Source of the DNA: Monocercomonoides exilis PA203
Lineage: Eukaryota > Protista > Preaxostyla
Length of the DNA: 64,000 nucleotides
Assembly (NCBI GenBank): GCA_001643675.2
Contig: LSRY02000004.1
Location: forward strand, 186,001-250,000
Direction of reading: 5' to 3'
Part shown: positions 59,730 through 64,000 of the stretch, in pieces
Layout of the letters: the number at the start of each line of letters is the position of its first letter
Numbering within the stretch: position 1 is the first letter of the stretch
The notes under the pieces: generated by a model
The model's input: only the letters and a program-made list of their open reading frames with translations
What the model was told of the DNA's origin: nothing
Databases searched by the model: none
Made by a program: the position numbers and the translations under genes

Positions 59730-60699
59730 GAAAATAAACGAATTCATATGTCACATACAATTTCTTTTCATTAGAAAGCTTTGATTTTTTATTCGAAATT
59801 TCATATTTTTCAGTTGCATTTCTCCTTTATTTCTTTTTTCCTTTTCTTTTTTGCAAATTTTGTATAATTTCCTGATAAATTTACTCTTTCACCATTACGT
59901 TGCACTTCTTCATATCATTTTTTCTTTGGATTTTTTATTATTATGAGCGAAGGAAGGGAAAAAACTGTTGATTGTTGAATTTGCATAAAGTGTGTTTGTT
60001 TGTGATATAGACGACATCAGCGGTATGATAATGAAAGACAAATAGGTGCAATACAGAAGCTTATGCGTGTGAGGACAAAATACAGATACAATGCTCCCAC
60101 AAGAAACTCAGACACTTTGTTGCAAAATGAACCGACACGCATGTGAAAAATATACAAAAATAACAGCAAAACAAAGAAAAGAAACATGTTCGAGTTAAAA
60201 GAGTAAACAACTGGCGGCAGATACATAAGAAATACATTGTAAAAAAATTTTTTCCAATAGATCTCGAAAAGTACCTGAAGATCATAAACCTCAATGGAAA
60301 ACAGAAAGCGAAGAAATAAAGTGCTTAAGAAATTGTCATTAAAAAGTGCCAAATTGACAAATTTAATTAATTTTTTTATTCAATTTATTATTATTAACTT
60401 AAATAAAAACCAGTGAAGAACGAAAGAATTTAAAAAGAATAATGAAAACTTATATACTTGCTGAGCATATCACTTATGAATATCATCCAACAGACAGGTA
60501 AGAAAGCAATCAAATGTGCAGTTAAAGACGAAATTTGACGTGAAAGGAATCTAAAAAAACGATCCTAAAGTAGAAGAAGCAGACACTCAACACGCTAACT
60601 GCCTCCTTTACCCATCTAACGGAATGACTCAACCAATAAATTAAAAATAAAAGGATATAACCAAGTTATTTGTTCTTATCCCAAACAACCCCACTTTGC

Positions 60700-63600
60700 T
60701 TAATCAGCATCGTCATCATAATCGTTAGAAATAATTCCTTCTTTCCTAAGCTCGTTCAACTTCTCTATCAATGCCTTGTTCTGTATCCACAAGTGTTTTG
60801 AAGCAAATTGTGAAATAGCGTTCGGCTCGATGATCTTCAACTGCAACAGAAGGAGACACATACTTGAAGCAGGCCCTGAACAGTTGGATGTGTCTGGCTT
60901 TCCTTTCACCATCATCAGCTCCTCGCCAAAGAGATGCAGCACAATGTCTGCAAAGTGCAGCTGGTCTCTTTCTGCGCTCCCTTCCTTCCCAAACACCAAA
61001 TTCCACAGAGGCGAAATCACTCTCTGGCACAGCTCCTCCCTCTTGACAGGCACATCGCTGTCTGACAGCCCTTTCTTCTCTTTCTCAGCTGGACTGCCAA
61101 TGTCAGCCAGCAGCTTGAAGCAGGCAATGAGAAGATGAGGGAAGAGAACAGATATTCTGGATGGGTCATTGTTTTGTGCTGAAGAAGCAGATGAAGATGA
61201 AGGCGTTTGATGCAAAAGATTGACATCTCCACCAACAACTTCAGTTTCTATCTGTTTTATGATTTCACTCAGCTGCTTCTCCATCTGTGTCTGTGATACA
61301 TCCATCTTGATTGCTTCGACTGCTGACTTCAACACGCGATAGATGTCAGACACAACAACCATGTCAAACATCTCCTGCATCAGCTGCCTCTCTTCCTGTG
61401 TCTGCTTCGCTTCCTCGCGGCAGAACCAGAACTCTTCAGAAATCCATTTGTTCAGTTCTTCTCTCTTCCGAATAGACTCGATGCTCTTGTCGTCCTCTTT
61501 CTTCTCTTCTTCCTGTGTCACACTTGATGCTTCCTCTTTCTTCTGCTTTTTGCGCTTTCCTTTTGCCTTCTCAGTGGCTGTTTCGACTGCATCAGCAGCA
61601 GTGCTCAGCGATGGTGATATTGCAGACTGTGCAGATGGTGAAAGAGGAGAAGACGAAGGTGTTGTGGGAAGAGGCAGCAAGGATGTGCTTTGTGAGATGG
61701 CAGACAGAAGAGACTGGCGCTCGCTGAGGTATGCCTGCTGCCAGTGGTAGTCCAGCTGGCACGCAGACTCATACTGCGCTGCCTTCATTTTGTCTGCAGG
61801 CTCGCTGAAGTCGCTCAGAGAAGAGTTCAGAATGAAGTGGCGGAGGGCAAAGACAGAAAACGACTGAGGGGAAGAATAAAGCGAATGGGGTGCAGAATCA
61901 GAGGCTACCATGACTGCAAACGAAGGAATGGCACGTAACAGCGACAGGAACGAGACATCGTGAGGAATCTGGTTGTAGATCCAGTTTCTGAAGTTGAGTT
62001 TGACAAGCTTAGTGAATGAAGGGCCGTTCTGCAGACGGACACCACACAAAAGCAGCAAAAACAAAGAGATTGCATTCAAAACAGACTTTTCGGAAGAAGA
62101 GGAAGAGGAAGAGGAAGAGGAAGAGGATGCAGATTGAGAAGGAAGATAATATGAAAATGTCTCATTTGTGTCGAATGATTCAAAGTTAGTGATGTAAGCA
62201 CACAGAACAGATGAGCCAATAACAGACAGGGCACTTCTGAATGAGTGAATGAGGACAGAAGCATAATGAGACAGAAGAGAAGGCGCAGAGCTTCCAGAAG
62301 AAAGCAGAGGCACCACATCTTCTGCTGGCTGAAGGGAGCTCACAGTGCTGCTGAGTGCAACGATGGAGCGGAAGTACACTTCGAACAACGAGCGAGGCCC
62401 GACAACCACGTCGCCCATGACACCAAAGCAGGAATAGGCATACGACGGGTCTTTTGTCCATCGGCGGAGGTCTTCCATCAGAGAGCATGCAGCAAATACA
62501 GCAACAAGAGCATTGCATGTCATCTCCTTCGCAAGTGCAGCAGTCATACGCACAACAAACTTGCCATTCTTTTCTTTCTCTTTGGATTTCTTCTTCTTCT
62601 TCTTCTTTCCTTCTTTTGCTTCCTCGTTCTCTTCAGTGTCTTCATCAACTGGCACTTCGTTCTCTTCCAACTTCTCGTTCTTCAGCAAGTTCTGTGCATC
62701 GCTCATCTCCTTCCTCAGCCCACTTGCCATTGCTGTCGCCTTCTTGAAAGCCAAAGGCATCTCGCAATCTTCGCTTATCACGCTGTGAATGACATCGCTG
62801 TATGAACTAATCAGGCGCTCAATCTTCTCTGTTGAATCAGCTGATATCAACAGCACACTTTCAGGCTTCTTTTCTCTCCACTGCTTCACCTCTTCTGCAT
62901 CCATCACACTTCTCATCACAACAAGCTTCGCAATCGCTAACGCTTCTTCCACAGAAATCACTGTCTGCTCGTCACTCGCTTTTCTCTCTTCTTTGCCTGG
63001 CACCAGAACAGATTCAATCATCTCGTTTATTCTCTCTGCCTCTCTTCCGATCGACAGCTGGCCCAGTCCAAATGGCGGTGTTGGTGTCACACTCGGTGTA
63101 ATTGCAGGTGATGTTGTTGGCGTTGGTGTCTGCGATGTGCTGTCTCCATCGTCATACTCTTCATTCCCTTCCATCGTTTTCTCTCTCTTCTCCTTGCCTG
63201 CCTCGTCTCTCAACGACAACTTCCCGTTTTTCGCTCCTTTCTTCTTCTGCTTCGCGGACGCCTCTCCTTTCTTCTTCCCAGCTGCCTCAGCCTGCTTCTC
63301 CATCTCCTTCTGCTTCTTCTTCTGCTCCCAGCTGGACGCTTTCTTCTGCTCTTTCTTCGGCTCTTCACTCAAAAGAGAGAACACATTGCCAGCTTTTCCG
63401 GAGTCTCCTGATGAGAGTATCGCTTTCGGCGCATGTGGGTCGCGGTTGGATGGTCTGGCCAAGATGGTTGTGGGAGTGTATGACGTGGCAAAGGATGTAG
63501 TGACACCAGATCTGAATGGAGAAGGTGAAGGTGATGGAGACAAAGATGAGGGAGAAGGTGAGCTGTAGACATTGTTTGCGTGTGGGGGTGGGGATCTTCT

Positions 63601-64000
63601 CCCAGCTGAGCTGTAGTGCTGGGCATTTGGCTGGTACTGTGATTGCTGCTGCCCAAACGAGGAGTAGCTGGCAGACGATGCAGCGAGTGAGGGAGGAGGT
63701 GGTGGAGGTGCTGCAGACTTCGAAGCAGATGTGACACGAGTGGGCCAGCCGTTCTTTGCGAAGTCGATGACGTCCATCAGTTTGAATTTCACTTTCTTTT
63801 CGAGCTTGCCGGCGTCGATCACTTTCTGCACACCTTTCATCTGCTGGTTGAACTGGCCAGGCATCTCCCGCTGGATCTTCGGTCCGACACACGTCAGGAA
63901 CGAGGCGAGCTGGTTCATGTTCTCCTCAATCGGATTCTGCGGGTCTGTCCCTTTCCACAGGTGGTTCATGCACTGCGCCCCTTTCTCGGTGGAGATGACG
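60700..64000 (-). CDS. eIF4G-like MIF4G-domain protein, 5' partial
   Basis: EENMNQLASFLTCVGPKI...FNQQMKGVQKV...KKVKFKLMDVIDFAKNGW matches the last MIF4G HEAT helices of eIF4G (RIRFMLQDVLDLRxxxW). The frame is open to the window edge. Confidence 0.8.
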   Translation of the reverse strand, partial: VISTEKGAQCMNHLWKGTDPQNPIEENMNQLASFLTCVGPKIQREMPGQFNQQMKGVQKVIDAGKLEKKVKFKLMDVIDFAKNGWPTRVTSASKSAAPPPPPPSLAASSASYSSFGQQQSQYQPNAQHYSSAGRRSPPPHANNVYSSPSPSSLSPSPSPSPFRSGVTTSFATSYTPTTILARPSNRDPHAPKAILSSGDSGKAGNVFSLLSEEPKKEQKKASSWEQKKKQKEMEKQAEAAGKKKGEASAKQKKKGAKNGKLSLRDEAGKEKREKTMEGNEEYDDGDSTSQTPTPTTSPAITPSVTPTPPFGLGQLSIGREAERINEMIESVLVPGKEERKASDEQTVISVEEALAIAKLVVMRSVMDAEEVKQWREKKPESVLLISADSTEKIERLISSYSDVIHSVISEDCEMPLAFKKATAMASGLRKEMSDAQNLLKNEKLEENEVPVDEDTEENEEAKEGKKKKKKKSKEKEKNGKFVVRMTAALAKEMTCNALVAVFAACSLMEDLRRWTKDPSYAYSCFGVMGDVVVGPRSLFEVYFRSIVALSSTVSSLQPAEDVVPLLSSGSSAPSLLSHYASVLIHSFRSALSVIGSSVLCAYITNFESFDTNETFSYYLPSQSASSSSSSSSSSSSEKSVLNAISLFLLLLCGVRLQNGPSFTKLVKLNFRNWIYNQIPHDVSFLSLLRAIPSFAVMVASDSAPHSLYSSPQSFSVFALRHFILNSSLSDFSEPADKMKAAQYESACQLDYHWQQAYLSERQSLLSAISQSTSLLPLPTTPSSSPLSPSAQSAISPSLSTAADAVETATEKAKGKRKKQKKEEASSVTQEEEKKEDDKSIESIRKREELNKWISEEFWFCREEAKQTQEERQLMQEMFDMVVVSDIYRVLKSAVEAIKMDVSQTQMEKQLSEIIKQIETEVVGGDVNLLHQTPSSSSASSAQNNDPSRISVLFPHLLIACFKLLADIGSPAEKEKKGLSDSDVPVKREELCQRVISPLWNLVFGKEGSAERDQLHFADIVLHLFGEELMMVKGKPDTSNCSGPASSMCLLLLQLKIIEPNAISQFASKHLWIQNKALIEKLNELRKEGIISNDYDDDAD

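Noticed and set aside
59730-60699. Hydrophobic ORFs at 60017-60352
   Set aside because: T-rich convergent 3' UTR/intergenic sequence; the long one starts at a non-ATG codon and neither has motifs.
8523-64000. Functional cluster of translation/ribosome genes (eEF2, eL21, GAR1, DDX27-like, eIF4G)
   Set aside because: They are interspersed with unrelated genes on both strands with no shared element seen; compatible with chance in a compact genome.

Overview
Gene-dense eukaryotic genomic DNA in the standard genetic code, with short AT-rich GT-AG introns and Ser/Glu-rich low-complexity proteins. It is most consistent with an oxymonad (Monocercomonoides exilis-like); this assignment is an inference. 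About 17 protein genes can be supported: a giant Pmp-like beta-helix surface protein (5' partial), eEF2, a hypothetical protein, Asterix/PAT10, an EEP-family phosphodiesterase, an orphan polytopic membrane protein, PP2C, eL21, GMF, a Set1-like methyltransferase, GAR1, a lineage-specific family protein, CK1 with a very long tail, a DDX27/Drs1-like helicase, a BTB-SPRY protein, a small secreted protein and an eIF4G-like gene (5' partial). The most interesting structure lies in two AT-rich transposon islands. At 13.3-20.9 kb a ~3.7 kb unit is tandemly duplicated between poly-T tracts. Each unit carries a 375-bp near-perfect foldback element (family A) and a decayed Merlin/IS1016-like transposase bracketed by two copies of a second ~250-bp hairpin family (family B). 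At 44-45.7 kb a full-length, intron-containing Merlin element (45-bp TIRs, 8-bp TSD) is inserted into the tip of a third, inverted family A foldback whose two arms show compensatory changes. All gene structures were read by eye and need RNA-seq or HMM confirmation.
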